From: Rhizophagus irregularis
Taxonomy: Eukaryota
Assembly (NCBI RefSeq): GCF_026210795.1
Contig: NC_089434.1
Location: 3,472,001 to 3,536,000, forward strand
Reading direction: 5' to 3'
DNA: 64,000 bases
This document shows positions 13,450 through 27,659 of the stretch, piece by piece; the first letter of the stretch is position 1, and each line of letters opens with the position of its first letter. The translations under genes were made by a program, and so were the position numbers. The notes under the pieces are model-generated. The model did not search any database and was not told the DNA's origin. It saw only the letters and a list, made by a program, of their open reading frames with translations.

Positions 13450-14150
13450 TCTTACTTTTTCATTGGGAAACAGGGATTGGTTGATGCACGTATTCGAACC
13501 GTTAGCATCTCACACTAATCAGTTAGAGAAGTGTTACATCAGGGTCTTGCATGGTGATGAGAAGCATTATGTACCTTGTTCACCCGATTTTCAATAGCTA
13601 GTTTTTCCACAACTCAATATTCGCAGGATCATTTTTAGAATACTTTGAAAGAAAATATCCTGTAAGTATAATTATGTCAAATTATATTTACAATATTTTT
13701 CACAGTAGATACAGTATCTAGCCACGCTTCAGGCAAAAACGCATTTTGCCCTCTCATTCGCGGGGATGGTCTTCCAAGTTAGAACAGAAAAAAAAAAATA
13801 AAAAAACCAACCTTTAAAGTCTTGCAAGGCAACTGCCTTCTGACAACTGCTTGATGTTTTATAGCTCCAGGAGTATGGTTGATGAAATATACATCCCAGT
13901 CGCTTACACTTCCCACTCTTCTAGTTCTATATTCCAGTAGTCTACAAAGAGAAAGAATTAGTGGAAATAATATAGGCATGATAACATGATAGAACCTTGC
14001 CTGAGTAACGGAGAGCTTTAGTAAATTCCGGGCTGAGGTCTGAGGTCATTATTCAAAACAACGGTTATATTAATTCTCGTGATAAACCGACACCATGAAA
14101 AGACTGATGGAAACCCGATCAGTTAATCTTTTATTGATTTTTCGAAAGTG
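13450..14150 (-). pseudogene. Unidentified decayed coding relic
   Basis: Locally higher GC with protein-like fragments (VSDWDVYFINHTPGAIKHQAVVRRQL) broken by stops. Family not recognised. Confidence 0.25.
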
Positions 14151-16117
14151 GCACAGCTGAGTGCACAAAAATTTTGATTAAAGTACATTTTAAATTAATT
14201 CTACAATGGGATTGGAATCGAATAGTATAATATTAAAATGTAACTTTTTTATTCATTTTTTTTTAACTCCCATACACAAAATCCATTACGTAGATGATTA
14301 TCAGAAAAGATATATACGAGAAAAAAATCTCCACGATTTTCTGAGGAACGAAGAAAATTATAGAGAGGTCCTAGAAATAACGTGTTCAGAAGGAGATAGG
14401 GGTACCACGATATCTATTCTACTGTGCTAAAAACTAATTTTGACCAAAATGTCCAAACATGATAACATGAAATCTATTCCTATCTAATGACAGCTTTTTT
14501 TAAACCGTATCTTAACCTTGACGTTTGAAACTGTTGGAACTAATAATTAGTTGTATTTGAGGACAGGATGAGAATAATTGTTAAACGTTCGATGGCTTTG
14601 AAACCTGGCACAGTACAAATATGATAACGTAAAATTTCAACTCTTTGGTCTATTATCATACCCATCTTGTATTTTTCAGAAGAAGTCTACCATATATTTT
14701 GGAGATACTTTTATATTTTCGTTTCTATTATGGTTCTCCCCTACATCAACAATGTCATCTACAAAAAATTCGTGCTGTTTAAAACATAGTAATAATACCA
14801 TTTAATAAAATATTAAACCGCTGGTCTTACTGATTTTCTTCTCGTTTTTATCTCCAACACCAATAACAATATCAGATATGATACGACAGTATAATTGGCG
14901 TAACATTTGCTCTTTGTGCAGTCTCCAGCAACTGATACATAGTTCCGATAAATAAAATGCGTTTTGTATCTAGATTGTTTTCACTAGTACGAAATATTTT
15001 TATCTAGAGACACTAGTCAGTCTTCCGTTTTCTATCATATTTCATCGTAGCAATTTAAATAGCAGGAACGTAACAAAACATCTGTTTTGGTCGTTTTGGT
15101 TCTCTATTGGTAGTATTACATTGGACCGAGACATGTTCTCAAGATTTTTGTCACGCTAATGTCAACTCATGTTGTACCGAATCAAGTAAAGATAAGTTTT
15201 TGGTCTGAAGTTCCCTTTCGCTCAAGATACACATTATTCCTTCGATCTAGTGATCAAAGCAGTATCACATGGTTTGATAATAAATTATTACCATAATACC
15301 AAACTAGAATGAGAATCAGGTATTGTGATATATTTTCCGCATTCTTACTAAAAAACTATACTATATGGAATCAATTGATATCTGTGATCGAATTATTAAT
15401 TACTTTCCCCATTCTCCATAATTTCAAAAAAAAAAACGTTTCAAGGATTCCTAGGAGTTACATGACATAACTATTACTGTTATCTACATATACATCACAT
15501 CAAAAATTTAGATCCACACAAATCACGTAACTTATTCTTGGTCGAATAATTATATTTTGATTGTATCCCCCCGCTTTCGATTATATGCTTCTCGTTCTCG
15601 ATCACTCTCAAAAAACGTTACAAAGAAATGAAAAATATTACACACATCCCGTCATCTATATTTTTTTACTACTATCCCCCTCGTTTTTCATTACCATTTT
15701 GTAGAACCTTTCTTTGAGAACAAAAGTATATTTATATTCTCTGTTGTAGATATCATACTCGTATTATTTTATGTGCAATATATTTTCATCTATTACTATT
15801 TTCTTCTTGAAATACTCCAAGTATGATTATTAAGTTCTACATATGACGAAACTACTATTATTTTTTTCTTCTGTATTCGGTTTTTTTGTCAATTAACGTC
15901 TTAAAACACTCGGGCAATCTACACGTTATACAGGTTATTTAGTGAAACTGCTGAGGCCACTTCGCACATTTTAATGTTTTGTTAGTTTTGTTATAATACA
16001 AATGCTATACACGTGCTATACACGATTTGTCTAAGGAACGAAAAAAATCGTTATTGAAATATTACGGACACGAAAAATAGCATTTGATTAATGATAGAAT
16101 TCGTGTAACCATAATCT

Positions 16118-16316
16118 GGAAAATCTTACCACACCACCCTCGGTTACACAGTGACATTTAGCGTCACATTATCACGTGATATCCGCGTTCGCATTTTTTA
16201 TATTTATCTGAGGGACTTAGTTTTTTTTTACTAGCCTGATCTCTATTTGTCACACACCTCAGACATCACACCCCAACAAATATTTGTGTAACCGAGGGTG
16301 GTGTGGTAAGACTACC
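16118..16316. mobile_element. Mutator-like (MULE) MITE
   Basis: TIR core TCTTACCACACCACCCTCGGTTACACA / TGTGTAACCGAGGGTGGTGTGGTAAGA, with a 9-bp TSD CCATAATCT (16109-16117, 16317-16325). Confidence 0.9.
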
Positions 16317-16839
16317 CCATAATCTGTGGCTTATGTGATAGAACATGCTAGAAAGATATAGATTTTTCATTTCCTCGAGCGAAACCGTAAATCGAATGAA
16401 ATCTTTGTTCAAGCAATCATCTTTTTAACTTCACATGTCAAACATTTTAATTGGTCTGGCGGTCTGGCCTATCTGTAATATTAACAGTTTAGCATCACCT
16501 GCACCGGCTGCACGATATACTGTACATGTACTTTCTTATACTGTACGACCTATTTATTGCATCGATAAAATCTTAATCTTTTTTGTCTCTAATGACTTTC
16601 ATCACTTATCAGTTTACCCATTTATCGTCTGTTTCGAAAACACTTGTTAAATGTATCTCAATTTGTTGGTTTTTTTTATTCTCTCAATATAATTTTTACT
16701 AATCAAAGAATATTTATTTTTATTTTCTTTAAAATTGAATCAAAAATTTTGTTATTTTTTTTTTTTTTTTTTGTGTTTCTTCAATAAAAAAAAAACCTAA
16801 TAAAAATTGTAAGGAAAAAATGTTCAAAAGAGAAAAGTA

Positions 16840-19800
16840 TAACTGTTGTAACCATATGCATTCAAAAATTGGGGGGAATAGGAAAAAAAAAAATTATTTA
16901 CTTTGTATTACGCCAAGAGGTTCATTTATTTATGAGAGCAGATCTCATCTCATTATTAAAATTTTTTTTTTTTTAAATTAAATTATAATTTTAGTATTAT
17001 ATAGTATCCATTTTTAATTTTTAATTTGTAATCTTAAATGCTTAAATGCGCGTGTTTAGAAAATTGTCATACATGTCACGCCCTTTATTTTATCCTCTCA
17101 TTCATTTTACGTTTATTGATATTCACAAAAAAAAAGATTCCCAATAATAAGATCTGCGTGTTGCATGAAGCCAAGCACATACCGGCGAAAAAAATTTAAC
17201 GTAACACAGTTTCATTTAGACCGATTTTGATGCTATTTTAAACTTTTAAAAGGAAGAACTTTAAGTTAAAAATAAAAAAAAGCGCGAAACTAACTTTGTC
17301 ATAGCCTTTTCTCCTAAAAAATTTAGGATACAAGAAGATTATGGGACGTAAAGGACGTGAAAACCGACTTTTTATATGAAAAGAATATGCGTATGAAAAT
17401 AAGTGTGCCGTTTATTTATTTCTCTTTATACTTTCTCTCTCACAAAAAATGAAAACCTTTCTTCCTGTTTCATCATCTATAGAAATTTCTAATTAGTGAT
17501 AAATGAATGACTCCTTATTGCGAACATATTAATTTGTACAAAAAAGGTTATGAGTTGTATTAATAATAGTAAAAATCGCGGAAATTTATTATTTTTTTTT
17601 TTTATTTTATTTTTTTTTCGCCAAAAACCAAATAGAGAAAAGAAGAAAATTTGAAACGTATCTTAAACGGAGAGAATTGAAAAGAGTAAAGTAAAAAAAA
17701 AAAAGTTCATTGAAAAAATGAAGTGCATTAATGACGATTGGTAATACAACACTAAATTCAGTTAATTTTATAGGGTAATGTATGTTTATCACAATGCGTC
17801 ACACCTTCCAATTTTTACTTATTTATTTAAAGTCGATAAAATTAGAATTTGCCAATGATTGACATAAACAGATTTGCGTGATACTTAATTTGAAGAATTT
17901 ACGTAATAAACGAGAAAGGGAATATTAAAAATATCGAATATTATAATCATCTTTAGTTAAAATTACGTGAGCCGTTAAAAATATGATGCACGAATGGATT
18001 ATTTGAAATTTGCACAGGTAACCTTCTAAACGGAAATAATGCAGATGTTCTTTTTCTTAATAATCGTTGATTTCTACGTTTGAGAATAATACGAGAATAA
18101 TGTGACACGTAAGATTGAGCCGAAGTAGTATTATCTACAGAGAGGGGCTCTTCGAATGTGTAGGATATAGCTTTTGTATTATCATTATTAATTTCATTAG
18201 GTTTGGTCAAATCGTGATCCATTATGAAAAGTAGAAATTAAATAAAGGGCTTAAGTTGATCTCTAAATAATTTTATATAGAAAATCCTTTAACTTAGAAC
18301 TACTATTATAATGAAAATAGTAGAAAATATGATTTGGATAAGTAGAGAGAAAAAAATCAGAAATAAAATTGTCAAAAGGGTATTTTATAGCGAATTTTTT
18401 TTTCCGAATCATTAAATTCTGAGGGTATAAAATATAAATATATTTATTTTTTCTAAATGTTTATTATTACTATTTTTATACAAAGATCACCCGTATATTA
18501 TATAATTATTAAATCATTTTATTATTAATAGCAATTTGAAAGATTTTTAAACAATAATAATTTTGAAACGTACCAAGAAAAAAAGATAATCAATTCCTAA
18601 TATGAAAATAGCGGAAAAAGTTCTTATACAATCGGAATTAATCTCAAAATATGATTCGATCTTTTAAATTTCCTTTTTTATTCTTTTTATCCCCCGTTCC
18701 TAATTTTCCTATATTATACATGATGTAATTATTAGCGGGAATGTCTTAGTGTAATTATCCATAACGGTGAATAAACCGGATCAAATTTTATTTTATATTT
18801 TCGGGAAAAGGTCGTAAAGCAGCCACACATTAAATTTAATGGATTTCTCACAAAAGTATAATTCCTATACCGAATCTTGTAACTTGTATAATTGAACGAT
18901 TGACTTTATAAAAAGAAATTTTTCTAGTCATAAATAAAGTTCCTAGATTAACCAAAGATTTTTTTTATTATTATTTTATATACACGGTATTTCGTATTTC
19001 GGATGCAATTCCGTAAAAAATTTTAAAAAATAATTTATTCAAGTAATAAAATAAAAATGCATGCATAACAAAAGCATTTGTATCACAACAATTATTTTTA
19101 TACAGCCCAGATTTTAACAATAAAGGAAAGTGATGTTCCAACTTCCAATAGTATAAAAATTCAGTTGAAACTTTTGAGTTATTGGATATTTTTTGATTTA
19201 AAAAATAGACGATTCACTTTTAAATAGAATAACACGAGAAAACTTCCCAAAAAATCTTTTAGAAACTTTGATTTGATTTTAAATTTTTTGTAGATATTAT
19301 TTTTTTAAGAGTATCTTTGAGAAAATAATAATGCAAGTATTTTCGATTAGTATTGCATTATATCTTTTAAGACGCCTAACTGCAACATATGACCACTGAT
19401 GTATGCAACTGACCCAATTTCCCCAATAATGACAAATCTTTTTTAACGTGCTATTCTTTGTTCTTTTTGATGAAAGTGAGATATTTTTGTAAATTAAATA
19501 CCATATGACTATATTATAATTCATATTGTTACCTATAATATTGTTTTTTCGCGCGATTGAGGTAACTTTGATGTTTCACTTCTAATATTTATTTTGATGG
19601 TGTTAGTGTGTTACCAGTTACATTTGTAATTTTTCATTCGAGAGATGAAAAAAGGAAAGAATTACATGGTCAAGGAATTACAACTCCGAAGCCACTATTT
19701 AAAAAAAAAATGTAACTAAAGTGAGAAAAGATTTTTTTTTTCCTTTTTCCTGTAATAAGAAATAAATTGGGGTTACTTGAATTTTGTTTCATATTAAAAT

Positions 19801-20880
19801 AAATTAAGATCTTTTAATGAACTTTTATTTTTATTTTAAATATTTTTTTATTTCTAAATTTTATTCTAAAATAATAATAAAAAAAATAAGGTTTTTTTTT
19901 ATAAATTTTAATTAAGACTCGGGCTAAGCTGGGGTTCATATTTATAATAAGACTAATCTGGGTAAGAGGTTATATTAAGTTATACCACGAATAGATTAGT
20001 ATAAGATACACGAGAAAAATTTCCCATTAGTAGTCACTTTGGGGAAGTGATAATTATAACAGGTAAACTTTTACTCCCAAATACCCCTAAAATATTGTTC
20101 TAAACAATAGCCATGGGAAATTTTTTTATTAAATTCTCTCTTTTTTTTTATTTAACAAATCTTTTTTACACAGTATTTTTGAAGTGTGAAGTGCACAAAG
20201 AACTTGAAACCTTCCTAAACTATACAGCTATCTCAAAAATTGTCCGAACTTATTTTAACCACAACAATCTCACAACAATCTCGGTGGAAAAAAAATAATA
20301 ATTTCAACTATGAAACATTATCAAGAAAATAGTTTATAACGTATGTATTATTTTCGTTACTTATTTCAAACAATATAGAGATAGAGAAACCTGCTTAAGA
20401 AGCGTTTAATTTTTATGGTATCTGTGATTTTTTAAGAAGTCACAAAAGATTTTTCTTTCGAACCATCTTTTATGAAAAAAAACGTCTTATTAAGCTGGAG
20501 GTGACCAACTGTGAAGTGTGTTTAATTAGGCTATCAATACTACGTAGATTTTTGGCAATGATTTGACAATAATATTAATAAATCAAACTTTTTAATTTAT
20601 ATTAGCGGATCAAAATGTATTACGTAACCACATCATGAAAACAATTAGACTAATCCATTAGTGGTTACATATTATCCTGTATGGCTGATCAAGTTCAAAA
20701 AAAAAACCAGATAATGTGATATGATATTACCAAAATCTGTGAAAACCTTCAAATACATAGCAAATCTTAGGGTATGGATTTCTTGTTTGCTTTTCAGTAA
20801 ATCAACTGAACGTTTAACTAACTTTTGATCCTGATGATTCTCATAATTTGTACAATTCTGATATTGATGTTGCATCAGAA
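16840..20880. repeat. Segmental duplication block, copy 1
   Basis: Colinear anchors shared with 28740-33000 and 49650-52970: GCAGATCTC, CCCTTTATTTTATC, CGAATCTTGTAAC, GCTATTCTTTGTTC, GGATCAAAATGTATTAC, AACTTTTGATCCTGATGATTCTC. Confidence 0.8.
17953..18222 (-). CDS. Small basic protein, 89 aa; paralog A of the '...NGS-NF' C-terminal motif family
   Basis: ATG-initiated ORF. Its C-terminus ILKRRNQR..RRLPVQISNNPFVHHIFNGSRNFN aligns with the ORFs ending at 24143 and 47204. Confidence 0.7.
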   Translation of the reverse strand: MDHDLTKPNEINNDNTKAISYTFEEPLSVDNTTSAQSYVSHYSRIILKRRNQRLLRKRTSALFPFRRLPVQISNNPFVHHIFNGSRNFN

Positions 20881-21600
20881 TCTTTCATGGAATTCAAGGT
20901 TACCGTTGAGATTGAGTTTCCACATGTTAGGGTATTCAGGCGTCAGTTTGATATCACACTGGGACACTGGGTTTAAAGAATATTTCAGAATGCCAATCGT
21001 TGAAAATGCACTTTTACGACTTTAGCTAGCATACCAGAATGTTTTTGGGAGCCAAACGAAAAAGAATTTGGCAAACTAAACTCTCAGGGCAAATTATTAG
21101 AAAATATGTTGATGGAATCTCTACATCTCACATTGACCGTGATGATCATAATAAATGTGTGCCTTTATCAGGATCACGTAATATCGAAGATGAATGTTAC
21201 TTACGAACCGAAAAATTCAATTACACAATGAATATCCTAGATGAAGAACTTACTTCATTGTATAGACTATGCAGACATACCAGCGACCAACAACAAACAA
21301 CAATCAATCGATAAAAATGATTTTCTTATCCTAGAAAGTATCTAGACCAAAGCTGCAAGGCGATCGGGAAAACATCATAGAATGTTGTTCGACAAACCGG
21401 TGAAAAATCTCAGCTCCATTTTAATGGATGATTGCATGCAATCACTCTATACCATTATCCATATGAAATTCTCCTTAATTTTCAGCTTTTATATGTTGTT
21501 GGTGAAGAAACATTGGACGTAATCAAGGCTCTTAAGGGCTTATTTACATCAGCAAAAGGACACCTGAAGCATTAGAAGCCTTTAACCAATTTGTAATAGC
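20880..21600 (+). pseudogene. Decayed non-LTR retrotransposon 3' fragment (tentative)
   Basis: Stop-ridden frames; KFNYTMNILDEELTSL resembles the region preceding the zf-RVT of LINE ORF2. Confidence 0.3.
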
Positions 21601-22067
21601 GTTAAATAGATTTTTTAGCCTCTTAGAAAGAATTTGCAAATAATGATGTGAATTATGAAACTATATCTATTAAATGGTATTCTTTATTAAAAAAATTAAC
21701 ATCAATTGGCTATGGAATTTGTTCAGAACCTGGTCCAGTAAGAAAGTGCATTAGGATGAATCAAAATATAAAAAATAAGAAAAGAAAGCATAAGTTGGAT
21801 GATATATTTATGAAAAAATCACGATGGATGGGTAGACAAAATTTTTTCAGGACGGGTCGTCTCAAACATTTCACCACATGTACTACTGTCGCTTTCTTAA
21901 TTAGCAAACATCTGATTTACTGAGTCGCCTTTGAAAGATGATTCTGACCGAACTTTTTATTAATAAAAAATTTTATGATTGATGTTACAAATGTAACAAC
22001 CCAATTACCTAAAGGAAGATGTAAAGAAAATGGGCACGAGAATAAATTCTGTATTTATTATTAAGTC

Positions 22068-22215
22068 ATGCAATATGAAATAGGTAACGTATTACTGAGC
22101 CTGGGGTCGAGAATGCGAAATTGTTGAAGTAAATGCCGGGCATGATGATGAGAATGCTGACTGCAGAGTTTAAAGCTGAAGTAGCAAAATTAAGGCATGA
22201 CATCAAAGAAATCAG
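22068..22215 (+). pseudogene. Relic of a coiled-coil N-terminus of a type common in multicopy Glomeromycotina genes
   Basis: MQYEI..RITE..VENAKLLK*..ENA..FKAEVAKLRHDIKEI, with stops and frameshifts. Confidence 0.35.
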
Positions 22216-24142
22216 GGTTCATTTCATGACAGGAGAAAAAAAGCTCAGATTTTGGAGTGAACCTAACAAGGCTAGTTGTTCTTATGACTTTGAGCACATG
22301 TAAGAATGGAAATGAGCGGAATAATATAGATGAGACAAATGTGGTTCTTTCACATAAATATGGATGAGCATACAAGGGTAGTTATTGTACCTGTCAACGA
22401 TAGAAGTAGTCTCAGCAACAGCACTAAATTATTGTATAAGTTTATTTTATGAAAAAATACAATAAAGTGATCTGCTTGATTTTTTAAATAACGTGCACAT
22501 TATGTGATTTTAATGGTGCAGTGAATGTGTAATATAATTATAATTTATATTAACAAAATAAAAAATGATCTTCATGTGGCAATGAATTTAATATAAGTGA
22601 TCATCACTATTATAATCGATGATTCTATAAATGAAATCCGCAGCGATTGGGAATATTCTATTACTAGCCGCTTTGATATGCATTACTATTTACTAGTATA
22701 TAGTACTACTATATAGTGGTATATATGTATATATATATCTTTCCTTTGTAAAAAATTAAAGGAAAAAATGTGAAGTATGCCTATAGTAATCATACTTTTA
22801 AAAGAAATGGATTTTTTTTTTTTGTTAAATACATTATATTTACTAAATAGTATATAAAAAAGAATATTAAAAGTAAGCTGTATAAATATTTAAACCATAA
22901 AATAAATTTTTAACAGGTAAATCAGGTAAATCAATAGTTGTGTTTTGTGTTTTGACAGGTGTATCATGTGGTGGATTTTCACCGAGTCAACTCCGAGTCA
23001 TCATCATCTTTCAACATTTAATAAACGGTCATTACTTTTTTGCATCAACACTAGTACATACTAGTACAAAAAAACCTTTAATCAAAGTACGAGAAACAAT
23101 TGTTTTTCTTTCTCATATTTTATTTTATTTTTATTTTATATTATTTATATTATTTAATATTATTTAGTTTTTTTAAAATCTTCGACCGAAAAAGTTGCTA
23201 ACAAAAAGGTAGATCATTATTTAATTGAAATTAATGTCTATTTGATTCTGTTGGTCAAAAAATATTTATTAGAAAATTCTAGGTGTATCCAATTAGTGAA
23301 AGAAATTTTTTTTTGAGAGGAGATATTTGGGAGATACGAGGAGGAGATACTTGGGGAGATAATAACGAGTGAGTGAATAAGAGTGAATAATAAACACAGT
23401 TCATAAGTCATAACTAAAACAAGGGAACCCCATTAAACATTCTATTAGCCGATTAAAAATCCGCCATTTTATCTAGAACATCCCTCCCCTAGTTTTACGT
23501 ATGATCATCAATTGGTAACACATTTACTTTTTTAGAATTAAAAAAGGCAAAGGATCGCTCACGAATGATTTTCTATTATTGAACAAGTCTATTATTTTAT
23601 TGAAAAATCCAAAATATATATATATAATACTTGAACATAAAAAATTTTTATGAAAAAAAAAAAAAAAAAAATTTATAAAAATTAGTAACAATTTTTTTTT
23701 TTTAATTATAATAAGTAAATTACCGTACTTAAATTTTCAAAATAAAAAAAAATAAATAAAAAAAAATAATTTATTTTCTTATATAAAATAAGTGTATGCA
23801 AAATATAATAACGGAAATTAAAAAAAAAAATATAAAGCTACGTTAAAAATAGTACTTTAAAAAAAAAAACCGAAATGTATATAAACCGAATAAAAAATGA
23901 TGTTGAGATTTGCTTGCTTAATTAATAACATAATAAAAATTCATATTATTTATTTATACATTATTATGTTGTACGACTAATTTTTAAAAATGGAAAATCG
24001 GTAAATTCATTAACTCCGAGATTGTCAATGAAATATTTCGTCATAAAATTCGATTTTGTCATATAATGAAATTCATAAATTAGAAATAACGATTTCGAAA
24101 TTATTTGAATAAACGAAGTAACGAAAGCGAACGTAATCACTT

Positions 24143-25215
24143 TCAGTAGAAATTGGAACCATGAAAAAATTGGACTTCATATGGATCGGTCGTATTCTGT
24201 CTCGGTAGACGTCTAATATGGTTTAAAAATGAATTATTATCGACATGTCTTATTTGTCGAAGTTTTCTACGTTTATGAACTATACGGTTGATATATGATG
24301 GGTTGATCTTAGGATTTTTCTCAGAATCTATATCTTTTTTTTGATAGACAGAACTAATAGAAGTAATAGAAGAAAATGACAAAAATTAATAAAGAGAAAT
24401 ATTGAAATATTCAAAAAAAAAAATAGTCTAATTGATGTGGCTCAAATTCAAAAAAAAGGCAATTTCATCTGATTATCTAATATTGTACGACTGGTCTTTG
24501 GGGAATCTTACCACACTACCTGTCACAATAGAAATAGTACTTTAAACGGGGTAGTACAGGTGACATATAATGCAGTGACAAATAGATGTCCGATGTCCTC
24601 AGTAAACAGGTCATCACGTGACGAAGTGAGTGTGGTAAGATTTTCTTGATAGATATATATATGGTGGCACCATACAAACATATCAAGACAAGATTGAATT
24701 TATTTTTTCGAATTTATCTCCGTGTGCTTCGCCTCACATTATTCTTCACAACCCCTTAAATTTTTTTGGGGTGAAAGGCTAAAATAAGGTTGGTCACAGA
24801 TGACTCATACGCCTCCTTAAAAAAAAAGAGTATTTATATCCATAGTAGTGGAGAGAAAAAAAAAATTTCTTTCTTTTCCCTTCTTCCTTTAAACTCTTAA
24901 AACTTACCATTTTAAAGTTTTTGGAGAGACAAGATTGTTTCCTTTCCCAACACGACCAACTGATGGACCCATACGTCTCCATAAAGTGTTCTTCATACAA
25001 TTCTTCTCTTCTGCGCATAAAGTAGAATCTTCTTGTTGTTGGAGTTGTTTGCTAATAATTCCAATATTTCCTATCGTAACAACATTATCATTTCTTGATA
25101 GTTTCTTTTGTTCGTGTTCTTCATGTAATTTCTCTTGGCAAATATCAGGTTGTTTGTTATGAGAGGAAATATGATAGTTAACAGATGGGTTGCCAGAATA
25201 AGTGGCTGGTTCCAT
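24143..25215 (-). CDS. 172-aa two-exon protein (25215-24908, 24353-24143); paralog B of the '...NGS-NF' family
   Basis: Donor TG|GTAAGT and a pyrimidine-rich acceptor TTAG|T join ORF 24904-25215 in frame to ORF 24143-24382 (…VSPKTLK-C-SVYQKKD…). Paralog C has the same intron position and phase. Confidence 0.8.
24500..24646. mobile_element. MULE-like MITE related to 16118-16316, inside the intron of paralog B
   Basis: GGGAATCTTACCACAC / GTGTGGTAAGATTTTC termini and an internal ATCACGTGA. Confidence 0.75.
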
Positions 25216-25263
25216 TTTTTTTTTTTTTTTTTTTAAGAAAAAAAGGGAATTATATTTTTGTAC

Positions 25264-25640
25264 AAAAAATTTTTAATAAAAATTTCGTTAAATAAAAAAT
25301 TTGTTTTTTTTTTAAAAAAAAAAAAAAAGCGGGAAATTATTTTAAAAATCAAAATTTTCTTTTTTTTGTTTCTGAAAAATTAGAACTTTTACCGTACTTT
25401 CAAAATAATGAAAAAATGAAAAAGGAACAAAAAAAAATTTTTAATAAAAAATTTCGTTAAATATAAAAAAAAGATTTGTTTTTTTTTTTAAAAAAAAAAA
25501 AATAACGGAAAATGTTTTTTCGTGATCGAATTATTTTAAAAAATCAAAAATTTTTTTTAAGCGTATCTCGTTTTTTTGTTTTTGAAAAATTAAAAACTTT
25601 TACCGATACTTTTAAAAAATAACGAAAAAATAAAAAAGGG
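25264..25640. repeat. Imperfect ~170-200-bp tandem duplication immediately upstream of paralog B
   Basis: Two copies of TTTTAATAAAA..TTTCGTTAAAT...GAAAAATTA.AACTTTTACCG.TACTTT. Confidence 0.65.
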
Positions 25641-27659
25641 ATTTTAAAAAAGAAAAAAAATTCGTTAAAAACGTTAAAATCCAAAAAAAAAAAAAATGGA
25701 TTTTTTTTTCTGCTAAAAAAATTTCTCTTCGAAAAATCTTGGTATTTAAATGAAAAAAAATTTTTTTTTTTTTCCTGATCTACTGTGGTTTTCGTAAATA
25801 GTAAATAAATAAAATAAATAACGCGTAGAAAAAAAAAAAATTTTTTATTTTACAATTATACAATATACTGTGATTGTTAGGAGAATTTACTATTTTATTT
25901 TTTTTTTATTTGTATTTATTGTAAATTACAAAATATTTATGATGTGAAACCTGATGACTCAAAACCAAAAACCACTCATACACCAAATACGTACAACAAA
26001 AACGTAACAAGTGACAACAAATTACACCATTAAATCCGAGCTTATGACGAAATGACGAATTATTTTTTTCTTTGGCTAATAATATTTCGACTAAAAAAGT
26101 TTTTTTTTTTTATTCTACGATTATTTTATTTATCAAGTTATAAATTCATCACATTACTTTATTGTGAATAAATTGGGAACAAATTGGAATAAATGTGGAT
26201 ATAAATGCTTATTTATTATTCACATTATTTACGTAATGTTGTTTTTATGATTATTACAAATTCTGCGGATATAAATGTTTATTTTTTTATTCATGTAATT
26301 CATGTAATGATTATTACAAAATCTATATTTAAAATTTTTATTTCTTTTTTAATTATTAACTAATTATTTTTGAAAAAAAACGTACATATCGTATAAGGAA
26401 ATAAAAAAAAAGGGAAAACCGTAAAAGGAAAAAATTACAGATAACAATTAATAAAATGTTTCAGCTCTTTTATTATGATTTCTGACCGTTTGTTATTGTA
26501 CCATAAGTAGGGCGGGAAATTCCGTGTAATGCAAATGCAGTTTCAGTTTCAGGTGACTATCCGAGTGACTTAGTTCATTACAATTTCCTAATTAGGGATA
26601 TTAATATCATTTTACTATTAAGAGTTTTTCCCAAAATATTAGCTAAAATATGTATATTACATTTTTAGAATAAGAAAATTTTTTCATTCACGCTTATTAT
26701 TATTATTATTATTATTAGGATTGGTTTCAATTTTATTAATTTTATTAATTTTATTAATAGTATAAAGTACATTGATACATAATATACAGCCATTTGATCG
26801 GTCAGATTGTACCACGAACTTATCTAACTTATCTACATGTCAATTATCTAAGATAGAAAAGCGAACCAAGTTATACACAGACAATTAAATTTGTAAGCGA
26901 AACATAAAAGTTATTTTAGCTAAATTAAATTGGCTGAAGATATAATTATTACTAAATTCAGTTTTGTTTAAATTTCATCAAAAACTTATGGAAGAAAGGC
27001 AAATTTTCTTACAATGAAATTGATTGTCGCACGAATTTGCATTTGCATTTGCATAACCTAAATTTTAGTTCTTTATTTAACTAATATGTACATAAACAAA
27101 GATGAGAAAAAACAATGAGGTAATGAGTGATGACTTAAAGATGGCTTTGGTAATATTTGAAACGTTAAGTAATTAAATCATCTGAATTAAACGTAATCAA
27201 CAATAAGGTGTTAGTACAACTTCCAAATATTAAAAAATGATTTACGGTTACAAATCGAGAAAATCGTTTTACGAGCAAATTTATAATAAAAATGTACATT
27301 ATCATGATTTCTGGTACATTCATATACGAAGAAAATTAATACCGGACTTATTAAGTTGAATTTCAATCCCTCACATGACCAGTTAATGTTATCAAAGCGA
27401 ATAACATCATGAAGACCTAAGCACCGAAAATCATACATTGAGAATGATAATTTTACTAAAAAAATATAAAAGATATTGCAAACTATTGACCTGTAAATTA
27501 TGCATATTATTGAGGAACCTCTAATTTTTATAATAAGGCTATTCCAAATAAAAAAAATATAATAAAAAAGAGATGTGAAAACTTAATAATCATCAAAAAT
27601 GTTAACTAGTTAAAATTGAGATATTCAATGCAGCAAAACATGATATAACTTAACTTTTT

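Noticed and set aside
14450..15450. Coding-like composition
   Set aside because: The frames I read are stop-ridden, with no recognisable motif.
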